Below are positions 45,951 through 55,272 of a DNA stretch of 64,000 nt, piece by piece (the stretch's first letter is position 1; each line of letters starts with the position of its first letter). Position numbers and translations under genes: made by a program. Location of the stretch: positions 128,001-192,000 of IMG/VR virus record IMGVR_UViG_3300025707_000003, one strand, 5' to 3'. Source of the DNA: a virus (taxonomy: Duplodnaviria > Caudoviricetes). The notes beneath the pieces were generated by a model. It ran no database searches and was not told the origin of the DNA. It saw only the letters and a list, made by a program, of their open reading frames with translations.

Positions 45951-48900
45951 GTAAGATTATATTAGATGTTCGTAGTGGAGAGCGTAATGACAGTACTACG
46001 GGTTTATGTCTACGGGTAGTAGATGCTAGTGTGGTAGAGGTAGATGGTCGTTGGGAGCGTGTGGGTCGTGATCTATATGAGATAGGTAGTAGTTGCGGAG
46101 CAGTAGAGTCTTATGCTCTGATTTCTAGTGGGGATGGTGAGATAGGTTCGGAGAGTGTGGGGGTTAGTTTTGAGAAGTTATTTGAGGATGCGATTGATGG
46201 AGTCTATTATTACTTAACGAACAGTCGTGTATGGTTAAGTTCGGTAAGGGATGAGAATGGTGCAGTCTTAGATCATTTCTTTGGTGGGACGGTGGTTCAT
46301 TCAGTTCGTTCAGATTTGGACACAGATAATTTGGAGGGTACAGGAGTATGTGGTGGTTTATTTTGGTGGAGTCGTAATGATGTGAGTCGGACTAGGTTTT
46401 CATATGAGAACAGGGGTTGGTCATTATTGAGGGGAGGTGCTGGTAGTATAGTTGGAGAGGTAGGTAGTGAGGACGACATTATAGCTGGGTTAGAGGGTGA
46501 GTTAAGGATAGGTGGGGGTAATGTAGCGGAAGTATCTGTTACGGTGTATGAGATAGGCACTGAGGGAGTGTTCCCTGTGGTGTCCGAGGGATCTGAGGAA
46601 GATGCGTTTAATGGTGGTGTGGAGGGTGTAGTTTTAAACCCATCGGGCAAGGTTTTATTTAAGGAAGGGAGTGATCATGTTGGTAAGGAGATCTTGTATA
46701 TATCTGGTACGCTTGGTGATTTTGAATCGAATGTTGTAGGGGAGCAGGATTATTTATCTCCGAAGCCGAGATTGAATGAGCGACCTTTATTGCGAGTGGC
46801 TGGATATGGTTATAGCGATGTAGAGTTTGTGGCTACCGAAGCTCAATTGGTTGATGCTGAATATGGGAAAGTGAAGGTGGCGTTGGATAGTGGTCGTATT
46901 TTGTCTAGTGGGCAACCTGTGATTTATGATGGTTTGGTTTTATGTGATGCCCCTATTGGGGTGGGTGCAGGAGTAGACGGATTAACACCCGTAGAGAAGA
47001 TGGATATACCAGATGGTTCGGGATTAGAGCCTAGTGGTGTGGCGAGTTCATTTGATCCGACAGGTGTGGGTTTAAAATGGGATTACAGATATGAGCGAAT
47101 GTATGTTCGTTTAGTGGAGGCGGGTCGTACATTACCAGTGGAGCTAGTAGAGAGGCTACCTAAGAGGTTATCGGTACATCGAGGTTATTTAGTACAAGGC
47201 ACAACGAGTGTTGTATTGAGTCGTGCTTGGTCTAATCAGACGAAGAAGATTTTCGGTGGTCATGTAGCTTTAAACAGAGGGGGATTAAAGCACATGAGTA
47301 TTTTGAGGCTCACAGGTACTGGTTCATTTAAGGTGGATGGTGCAGTGGTATCGTTTACAGGGGAGAATGTGGTTGGATCTGGAGTATCTGTAGTAGACGG
47401 TTATTTGGTAGTGGACTCTGGATCTATTGTAGATCATCCATCAACGACAGAAGAGTTTGAGTCATTAAGGTCTATTGGTCTTGTGCCGAGTTCGAGTCTT
47501 GAGACAGGTCTTGAGTTTGTTCTGACTCGATCATCAGTTAAGGGTTATTATTCTTTTGATGAGGAGAAGGTAGCGGACATAAGTGGTAGCACAGCATTTC
47601 AGTTTTTACAGTTTGAGCCTCGTGTGGATTTCTCAGGTTATGAATCTGGCAAGTTTTTCAAGATAGGAGATAAGGTACTTGGAGATACGGACATCGAGCC
47701 AGCTTTTGGTGGCAACCCAAATGGTTTCCATTGGATTGTAGGTCGTACAGTAAGTTCTAAGGTGAACCAAGAGACATCACGCTTGGCTTTAGGTGCTGGA
47801 TTAAGGGTAGGCACAACATCTATCACGATCACCCAAGAGCAGATGAATGGTTCTATATCGACTCAGCCTTTAACAGAGGGAGTTGACTATGACTTGCCGA
47901 GTGATGGGTTAGAGGGTCAAGCTCGTTTAATCAGTCGTCTAGGTTCAGAGGTTTTATCGGGGCAAAAGGTTGGTTCATTAGTAGGTGTAGATTTAGACTT
48001 ATCCGTAGGAGTGGATGCTACGCAAGTGAGACAGGGAGATTTCTTTTATGACGGGTTAAACTATTTTAAGATCGTTGCGATTACAGGCACAGTGATCACA
48101 CTTAGTTCAGCGTTGGGTATTCAGCTTGGGAGATGGAAGATTTACAGAGGTTATAGAGAGGGGTTGGAGGAAACCGAGACACCCGATCCTACAAAGGTAG
48201 TGGGAGAGATTTTAGATGACCTACCTGTGTTGGATCGTAAGGCAGTAGAGATATACAAGGTGTATGGAACGCTTGCTTTTGACAAGGTGTTGCCTAGCTC
48301 AACTTTATTTATCCGTAAGGGAGATGACTCTTATCCTCTGACAGTCTTGAGGGATGATGTGTTGTTATCCCCTTATGAGTTGAGTGGTGATCACTACACG
48401 AGTGGATCATATCGCATTAAGGTAGGAGAAATAGAATACGAAGCAGGTGTAGGCCATACCAAAGAAGGTGAGGTTGTAGAGAAGGGTTTTACAGTCACAG
48501 ATAACAGGGTTGTTTTTGAAAGCCCTATGGGAGTAGCGAACAGCAGTTGGGTAGATGGTGAGGTGATCTTTGTAAGGAAACCTCGTAGTGGATTGGTTGA
48601 TACAGCCGAGATGGATTTGAGTTTAACGCTGACGACCCCATTTGACCCAGACCCATTTGATGATTTCTTAGAGTTGTTAGCGAACCCAAGATTTGAAGCA
48701 ACGAGTGGAGCGATTAGTTTTGAAGATCCTTTAGAGGTAGGTGTTGGTGTAGAGGTATCTTATACGCCAACAGATGATCCTGATGGGGTACGCATCATTG
48801 AAGCGATGGGATTTGTGGTAATTCAAGAAGAGGCTACAAGGGTTAATGGTTTTGAGTTTACTTACAACCCTACAGGTAAAGAGGTAGAGTTATTAGCATC

Positions 48901-51900
48901 ACCCACAGTATTGGTTGGTCCAGAGCAGATTAACGCAGGGCTTTATAGTATTGGTCAAAACACAATACGATTTTCTTTTGAGGTGTCGAGTACGACATCG
49001 GTCAAAGTGTCTTATACGACCTTAACCTCTAACGGTGGAGATGGAACAGTTCGGACATCTAGTGGTATGGTGATCCCTAAATATAAGATTGATAAGGGAG
49101 CGACCTCTTTATCTGTTCAAAGAGACTTTACGAGTGTCTTAGGTGTTGGAGATTTGATTTATGTAGGCACACAGATCTTCAATGTTGGGTCAGTGAGTGC
49201 GAGTAGCATTACAGTGAGTCCACCTGCGAGGGTAAATATAGAGTCCGAGATGATTGCATATCTCAATGTGCCTTCATTCACATATGGAGCAACAACTAGC
49301 TCGTATGCCTTTAGAACGGTGAATAATGCGAACATCACGGCAAAGCCGAAGAGTCCAGACATTTTGATACAGGGAGATTACAGGGACTTTATTAAGGCTC
49401 AATCCATTGTGGTTCTTCAAGGAACTCCGTACCGAGTCAAGGTGGTAGGTCTTGATGACGCAACAGGTATGACCAAAGTTACTATAGAAGGGTTCACTTC
49501 TGGTCATGACTTTACATCTAACAACGACTTCCACATTTCTTTTAGACCTGTTCTTCTTGAGGGTGCTACGAGTCTTACTTTAAATACTGGTATTGTAGAC
49601 ACTGAGAGTTTTCAACTCATCAAGTACAGCCACACAGAGGGTAGGGGTCGCCTCCTAACTCCTAATGAGGACTACAAGTTCAACTCAGAAGCAGGGTTAA
49701 TCAACCTCACTAATGGACATGATGTTAGACCTCAAGTCAGTTATTACTTGCTCCACACAGCTTTGAGTGGTGTCAAGCCTTTTACTCTTTTAGGTGGTCG
49801 GGTAAGTAAGCCCACATACAAAGCGATTTTCAATCAATCAACAACGCCTAAATCTTATGATGGTTTGGGGTTGAATGTCCGTTGTGTTGTTTCCTCACCA
49901 GATACATTCCAAATTCGCATAGCAGACGATGATACTTACTCATCAGAAATCGCCAATGAGCTTCAACAGAGTCTTAATCAAGGTACAGGTTCTGGAGGTA
50001 AGTTGGTCATTTCTTCCCCTACCTCACAGGGTAAGGCGATAGGGATATATGACTTACTAGCGAATGATGTTGTGGCTCGATCAAGGATCAATCTTTACAA
50101 TGGTTATGTTCAACCTGTGGATGACATCATCTCTACTACAACGGGTAAAGTGGTGGGCGATGCAGATGGATCATTTAAGTTTAACTTATTGAGTTCGGGT
50201 GATTGGATCGCACCAGGTATGGAGGATCACATCACAAGAGAGATTTACCCTCGTTATGTGAGCATGGAGTATCTGACTCCTCTTAATCCATTAAACCCTT
50301 TTCCAACACCTGAAGATACTATCTTGATTGGAGGAGTACCTCCAGAGTCGGATCGGTTATCTTTGTTGTTATTACAGCAGAGGGATTTGATCGAGAATGA
50401 GATGGATGACTATGTTCTCATAGGTCAAAGGGAGAAGACATCATTCGACTTTGGTGCAGGCATTTTAAACTTATATTTGAGATATGATTATATACCTGTC
50501 TATCGAGCCATGTGGAAAAGACATAGGTTCAGTCGGTTATTCCCAACAAGTACGAGAATGTACTCATATCGCTCACCTGGGACACTTAACACCTCAACCA
50601 ATGGTAATACCATAGCCAATGTTCAAAACAACGCTCTAGGGCAAATAGAGAACATCACTTCGCTTCCTATGATTAAGCGTAGGTCAGCTAGGTTTAGGGT
50701 CTATGACTTCTCTCTTACAGGATTCCCTAGCATAGATGCAGGATCAAGTGGGAAGCCGACATTTATCCTTTCGGCTTTACCTTTAGATGAGTTCCCTATT
50801 AATAGTGCGACTGGTATTGTAGACACCGCACAGTTCATGTCTGAGGGAGGAGATCTCGCTGATGTTGTTGTGGGTAATGTTGACAGGACATTTAACGGTC
50901 TTAATCCTTTATCTAAAATTAAATTAAGTCGTAATGGTGGGGATTTCTATCCAATCCTAAACACAGCCCGAACAGCAACTCTTGTGGACTTAGGTTTATT
51001 CCCACCTTTAGAGCAAGAAGCACCTCGTAATGCAACGGTTTCTAGTGTGTTGAAAGGTTGTTTAGTTGTTCTCAATGGGAACGCATTTACATTAAAGATT
51101 AATGGTGAGTCTTTGACTAAAAACCCACCTAAGCGTGGAGATACTATTATTGAATCTTTCGCTCGTGATCTTGATGATGAAAGTTCACCGAACACTACAT
51201 TTAGAGTTGGTTCTGATATAGGTCTTAAGAGTAGCACAGGAGAACTGGTAGATATAAGCCTCCCAAGTTTTAATGACCCCGATTGGCCTATTAAAGAGAT
51301 AGTCGGTCAGACAGTGCCTAGTGGTAGATTAGCCTTAGAAGGGGTTGTTGATTTCACATATACTGAAACCACACCGTTCAGATACCCTGCTTTAGACGGA
51401 GACTCTTTAGATGACACAGGGGATGAGTCTATACCGTATATGAGCAGATTTAATGAGAGGGACTTATTACCTCAAATACCTCCTGCTTTGAATGGACTTC
51501 AAGTACAGACCACCAATGCCATATCGGGTGTTGATGAGTATGCTTATCCAGATGAAGCTAGAGGTACAGCTAGTATCTCGAATGGGATCATCACAACAAG
51601 CGAAGATTTCTCTGCTTTGAATGGGATCTGTGAGCAAGCACCAAGACAGGGTGATCTGCTTATATTGAAGCCCGATTCAAGCGATGCTTCTACAGGTGTC
51701 CTTGAGATCGCAACTATTAATGGGTCTGAGATCTTGCCCCCAACATACACTACACCTGGTGCTGTGTCATGTAGGATACCAAACTTGATGGCAGACTTTA
51801 GAGAGTTCTCTAATGGTGTTTTCATCGAGGAAGATTGGCCTTTCAACGCAGTAACTGGTCTCCATGATAGATCCGAGTTGAAGATGTACTTTTTTCAACA

Positions 51901-54900
51901 CTCGATACAAGAACTCTTTGACAACCCACAAGCTGATTTAGAGATCACAGTTCACATTCATAACTTTGATGACAATGTGACAAACCCAAACATAAACGCT
52001 CACTCATTTCGTTTTAGATATGACGGAGCTAACTGGGAAGTTGCTTTAATAAATGAGCTTACCCCCTCAGAAACTATCGTACCTAATCTCTCAGTTTCAG
52101 CTACAGCCCCTAGTGAGCTAACAATCGTTCAAGATCCCGTACCTAACCCATTCGATCCCTCTACAGAAACTTGGGCAGACTCTGCGGATATGGGATCTTG
52201 GCTTTTTGAAGATTATTGGGACGGTGTAAATCACTTCTATAATCCAATACCCCCTATTGGTGGGTCTACTGGATATATATTCACACAACGACAAGGGGGG
52301 TCAATGACTCCCTCAAATTATCGCATTTCTGTTAAGAGTAATGCTACGGTCTTAGATAATCGTGTGGATGTCGTGTTCCCTATGAGCCTCATTCCTCATG
52401 CGTTCATACAAGATCCTATTTATGCAGGTGGTTCTAATACAGATCAAAAACTAATCATTGATGGAACAACGCTAGGGGTTAAAGAGGAAGGCGGAGTTGG
52501 AACAGATACAATCACCTCCGATGTGAATGATGGGGATTTTTATTTCTCGTCTGTTAACGACACAACATTAAGACCACTATCTCTTGACGGTATCACACGG
52601 TCAGATGATCCAATGTCAATCTTCATTGGGTCAGAGGTAGATGAGACAGATACGATTTTACAAGGCACAGCTCGATCTGGACTTGTCAACTCAGCGGGTA
52701 ATGAAGATAAAGGTAAAGGCATACTTCGTAATGTGTCCCCTACACAGGGTACAACGGCTCAAGTCCACACAGGTGATCTGCTGTATATTGAGAGTGGTCA
52801 CAATGCGGGTACACATCGGGTCTTAGATGTCATAGAGACTGATATAAGCTCAGAGATCACAGAAACTTTGGGGTCAAGCCAAGTCCTACCCGTAGTGTTC
52901 CCTAAAGTTGTAAGCCTAGACACAGGCACAAAAGTTTTAACTACAGATGTAGCTGATCTCACGCAATACTTTAGCGACCTCAATGCTGGCTCTATCTACA
53001 TCATATTAAATGATAACTACACTAACACCCCCACTCCAACATTAGACTCTACTCCAGCTCTCGTTAAAGACCCAGTATTTGGTGTCTCTATTATTAAGGT
53101 CGATTACACTAACATCGCAGGGTCAGAGATCACTTTGGATTTCCCATGTGAATATGCAGATGGAACAGGTATCGCAAACGCTACTGGTTTGAATACGATC
53201 TTAGGGAGTTATAACCAAGTCATTGGCGGGGTGAATAAGATACCTTTCAACTTAGAGGCAACAGGTTTAGCAAGTAATGGTTTATCTGCCTCCTTTGGGG
53301 TAGACCTAACCTTACAGATGATCGTAGGTGGTGGTATCGCAGGTTCAGCAAGTGCTTCAAATACGCCAGCTAATCCATTCTTAGAGACTCAAGTAGTTAG
53401 AACCGATAAAGGTTTAGTCTCACACATAACACTAGATGTCAGCGATGCTAATCTCTATCCAGTCATTACAGATACAGGGAGTCAAACCTACGGTAAGTCT
53501 TTCTTATCTCCTAATGACACCATCACCTTAACTGTTAAGTTGGACGCAGGTCTTTACCTTGATACAACATTCCCTCTACTCCTTAGAGAAGACTATAATG
53601 GCACTGCACCCGTTGAGTTTGGTGATGGCACAAGCCAAGTCAGATCCCCTATACAATCTACCCTAACAAATCTACCCGCATGGGATTGGTATGAGGAAGT
53701 CACATTCACTGTTCGCAGACTCAGACGCTTCACAGATGTGTTCTCGAAGCTCATCTATGCGTTCGAGGGGTTTCGATACCTTTATGAGCAACGAGTTGGT
53801 CGAGTAGATAGTGTGGCTTACGCAAATGGTGTGATTACCCTTACACCACTCAAGGTTGATGGTGAGGGTGTTGCTGATGTTAATGGTACAGATACACAGG
53901 TAGGGGACTTTGCAAATGTTGTGTCTGTAGGAGATCAAGTACAGTGCGTTAATGCGTCTAACCTTGAGACTCTTTATTTGAGAATCCTTGAAGTTGGTTC
54001 TACGCTCAAATGTTCCGCAATCAGAGGTTCAGTCTCCGTTGTTTCCAACGGTGATGTTTTTAAGATCATCACTCGTGTTCCTCTTATCCCCGAACTACAA
54101 GCGTTCGATCAGTTTATTGAACATGGCTTCACAGAGGTTCATTCTACAACGCCACAGGCTGGTATCTCTGTCGGGTTTGAGAATATACTTACAGACACTA
54201 ACGCTGACTTCATCTCACTTGGTGTAGCAACAGGTGATTTCTTAGTTATCGACCCTCAAGGAGAGTTGGCAGGTTCTAACCCGACCGAATATGGATCACC
54301 ACCTAAAGGAGATAATGGAGATGGTACTGTAGGGTCATCTCATGTTCTTGATGACAATAGGGGAGCTTACAAGGTGGTATCTGTAGATGATGCTAACACA
54401 CTTGCTGTTGAGTTTTATGCAGGGGATAGTGGAACTGCTAGAACAACTTATAAACTCTTGCCCTCTGTTAATGGGGATGACGCTCAACCATTGCGTGAGA
54501 CTTCTAGTATAGTCGGTAGCTCCTATGCGACAACCAATCACTCGATCCATCCATTCTCTTATCGTATCCTTAGACGGAAGACCACTCTTGGGGAGTCGCT
54601 TGCAGGTTCGTTCTTGTTCTTTAGGGAGAGGACGCTTTCATGGGTAGAGGTTATTCGTTCTTTCAACGCACTCCCTACTCAGCCATACACATGGTCGCAA
54701 TATGAAACCGAGAACTTGATTGATAGCGTAGGTGTTGCAGACCTCAGTCACCCATCTAATGATCTCTTATTACAAAACATCTTAGGTAATGAAGTTCCCA
54801 ATCCTTTTGAGAACAATGAAACTTGTTTATCTGTATATGATAGGCGAATGTTGATTGAAGACCCGAAGATGGCAGAAGAGGGGTATGGGACACCCGAAGA

Positions 54901-55066
54901 GGGCATCCCAACGGTGCTTGAAAATGATATATCTTCTATGAACGCTAGAGATAATAGGTACGCATGGATTTCTGTTCGTACCGATCAAGTAAACGGCACT
55001 CTCTCTAAACTTAGTAGGGTGAATCTTAACAACCCCGATGACACAGCATTGGAGGACATCAAATGA
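45947..55066 (+). CDS. very large (3039 aa) beta-rich virion protein, probably baseplate/tail-associated
   Basis: Uninterrupted 9.1-kb ORF, rich in Gly/Ser/Thr/Val/Asp; LTEGVDY and LTPNEDY motifs of a kind common in tail/baseplate proteins. Confidence 0.6.
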   Translation: MSKIILDVRSGERNDSTTGLCLRVVDASVVEVDGRWERVGRDLYEIGSSCGAVESYALISSGDGEIGSESVGVSFEKLFEDAIDGVYYYLTNSRVWLSSVRDENGAVLDHFFGGTVVHSVRSDLDTDNLEGTGVCGGLFWWSRNDVSRTRFSYENRGWSLLRGGAGSIVGEVGSEDDIIAGLEGELRIGGGNVAEVSVTVYEIGTEGVFPVVSEGSEEDAFNGGVEGVVLNPSGKVLFKEGSDHVGKEILYISGTLGDFESNVVGEQDYLSPKPRLNERPLLRVAGYGYSDVEFVATEAQLVDAEYGKVKVALDSGRILSSGQPVIYDGLVLCDAPIGVGAGVDGLTPVEKMDIPDGSGLEPSGVASSFDPTGVGLKWDYRYERMYVRLVEAGRTLPVELVERLPKRLSVHRGYLVQGTTSVVLSRAWSNQTKKIFGGHVALNRGGLKHMSILRLTGTGSFKVDGAVVSFTGENVVGSGVSVVDGYLVVDSGSIVDHPSTTEEFESLRSIGLVPSSSLETGLEFVLTRSSVKGYYSFDEEKVADISGSTAFQFLQFEPRVDFSGYESGKFFKIGDKVLGDTDIEPAFGGNPNGFHWIVGRTVSSKVNQETSRLALGAGLRVGTTSITITQEQMNGSISTQPLTEGVDYDLPSDGLEGQARLISRLGSEVLSGQKVGSLVGVDLDLSVGVDATQVRQGDFFYDGLNYFKIVAITGTVITLSSALGIQLGRWKIYRGYREGLEETETPDPTKVVGEILDDLPVLDRKAVEIYKVYGTLAFDKVLPSSTLFIRKGDDSYPLTVLRDDVLLSPYELSGDHYTSGSYRIKVGEIEYEAGVGHTKEGEVVEKGFTVTDNRVVFESPMGVANSSWVDGEVIFVRKPRSGLVDTAEMDLSLTLTTPFDPDPFDDFLELLANPRFEATSGAISFEDPLEVGVGVEVSYTPTDDPDGVRIIEAMGFVVIQEEATRVNGFEFTYNPTGKEVELLASPTVLVGPEQINAGLYSIGQNTIRFSFEVSSTTSVKVSYTTLTSNGGDGTVRTSSGMVIPKYKIDKGATSLSVQRDFTSVLGVGDLIYVGTQIFNVGSVSASSITVSPPARVNIESEMIAYLNVPSFTYGATTSSYAFRTVNNANITAKPKSPDILIQGDYRDFIKAQSIVVLQGTPYRVKVVGLDDATGMTKVTIEGFTSGHDFTSNNDFHISFRPVLLEGATSLTLNTGIVDTESFQLIKYSHTEGRGRLLTPNEDYKFNSEAGLINLTNGHDVRPQVSYYLLHTALSGVKPFTLLGGRVSKPTYKAIFNQSTTPKSYDGLGLNVRCVVSSPDTFQIRIADDDTYSSEIANELQQSLNQGTGSGGKLVISSPTSQGKAIGIYDLLANDVVARSRINLYNGYVQPVDDIISTTTGKVVGDADGSFKFNLLSSGDWIAPGMEDHITREIYPRYVSMEYLTPLNPLNPFPTPEDTILIGGVPPESDRLSLLLLQQRDLIENEMDDYVLIGQREKTSFDFGAGILNLYLRYDYIPVYRAMWKRHRFSRLFPTSTRMYSYRSPGTLNTSTNGNTIANVQNNALGQIENITSLPMIKRRSARFRVYDFSLTGFPSIDAGSSGKPTFILSALPLDEFPINSATGIVDTAQFMSEGGDLADVVVGNVDRTFNGLNPLSKIKLSRNGGDFYPILNTARTATLVDLGLFPPLEQEAPRNATVSSVLKGCLVVLNGNAFTLKINGESLTKNPPKRGDTIIESFARDLDDESSPNTTFRVGSDIGLKSSTGELVDISLPSFNDPDWPIKEIVGQTVPSGRLALEGVVDFTYTETTPFRYPALDGDSLDDTGDESIPYMSRFNERDLLPQIPPALNGLQVQTTNAISGVDEYAYPDEARGTASISNGIITTSEDFSALNGICEQAPRQGDLLILKPDSSDASTGVLEIATINGSEILPPTYTTPGAVSCRIPNLMADFREFSNGVFIEEDWPFNAVTGLHDRSELKMYFFQHSIQELFDNPQADLEITVHIHNFDDNVTNPNINAHSFRFRYDGANWEVALINELTPSETIVPNLSVSATAPSELTIVQDPVPNPFDPSTETWADSADMGSWLFEDYWDGVNHFYNPIPPIGGSTGYIFTQRQGGSMTPSNYRISVKSNATVLDNRVDVVFPMSLIPHAFIQDPIYAGGSNTDQKLIIDGTTLGVKEEGGVGTDTITSDVNDGDFYFSSVNDTTLRPLSLDGITRSDDPMSIFIGSEVDETDTILQGTARSGLVNSAGNEDKGKGILRNVSPTQGTTAQVHTGDLLYIESGHNAGTHRVLDVIETDISSEITETLGSSQVLPVVFPKVVSLDTGTKVLTTDVADLTQYFSDLNAGSIYIILNDNYTNTPTPTLDSTPALVKDPVFGVSIIKVDYTNIAGSEITLDFPCEYADGTGIANATGLNTILGSYNQVIGGVNKIPFNLEATGLASNGLSASFGVDLTLQMIVGGGIAGSASASNTPANPFLETQVVRTDKGLVSHITLDVSDANLYPVITDTGSQTYGKSFLSPNDTITLTVKLDAGLYLDTTFPLLLREDYNGTAPVEFGDGTSQVRSPIQSTLTNLPAWDWYEEVTFTVRRLRRFTDVFSKLIYAFEGFRYLYEQRVGRVDSVAYANGVITLTPLKVDGEGVADVNGTDTQVGDFANVVSVGDQVQCVNASNLETLYLRILEVGSTLKCSAIRGSVSVVSNGDVFKIITRVPLIPELQAFDQFIEHGFTEVHSTTPQAGISVGFENILTDTNADFISLGVATGDFLVIDPQGELAGSNPTEYGSPPKGDNGDGTVGSSHVLDDNRGAYKVVSVDDANTLAVEFYAGDSGTARTTYKLLPSVNGDDAQPLRETSSIVGSSYATTNHSIHPFSYRILRRKTTLGESLAGSFLFFRERTLSWVEVIRSFNALPTQPYTWSQYETENLIDSVGVADLSHPSNDLLLQNILGNEVPNPFENNETCLSVYDRRMLIEDPKMAEEGYGTPEEGIPTVLENDISSMNARDNRYAWISVRTDQVNGTLSKLSRVNLNNPDDTALEDIK

Positions 55067-55272
55067 GTAATGAAAATAAATGGACTAGAACACCCGAAGA
55101 GCCAAACCTTAATGGCACAGAGGTAGGGAAGCTCTTAGATAACTTAAAGACGCTTCAAGCACACTACGAGGGTAAGCTACAAGGGGATTTAGGTAACTTA
55201 GCTGTTCTTGAACAAGCACTCGCTAAGTGGGAACTACAAAAAAGAAATAGAAAGGTAGACCCCAATGGCTGA
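55063..55272 (+). CDS. small hypothetical protein
   Basis: Coupled within the structural operon. Confidence 0.55.
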   Translation: MSNENKWTRTPEEPNLNGTEVGKLLDNLKTLQAHYEGKLQGDLGNLAVLEQALAKWELQKRNRKVDPNG

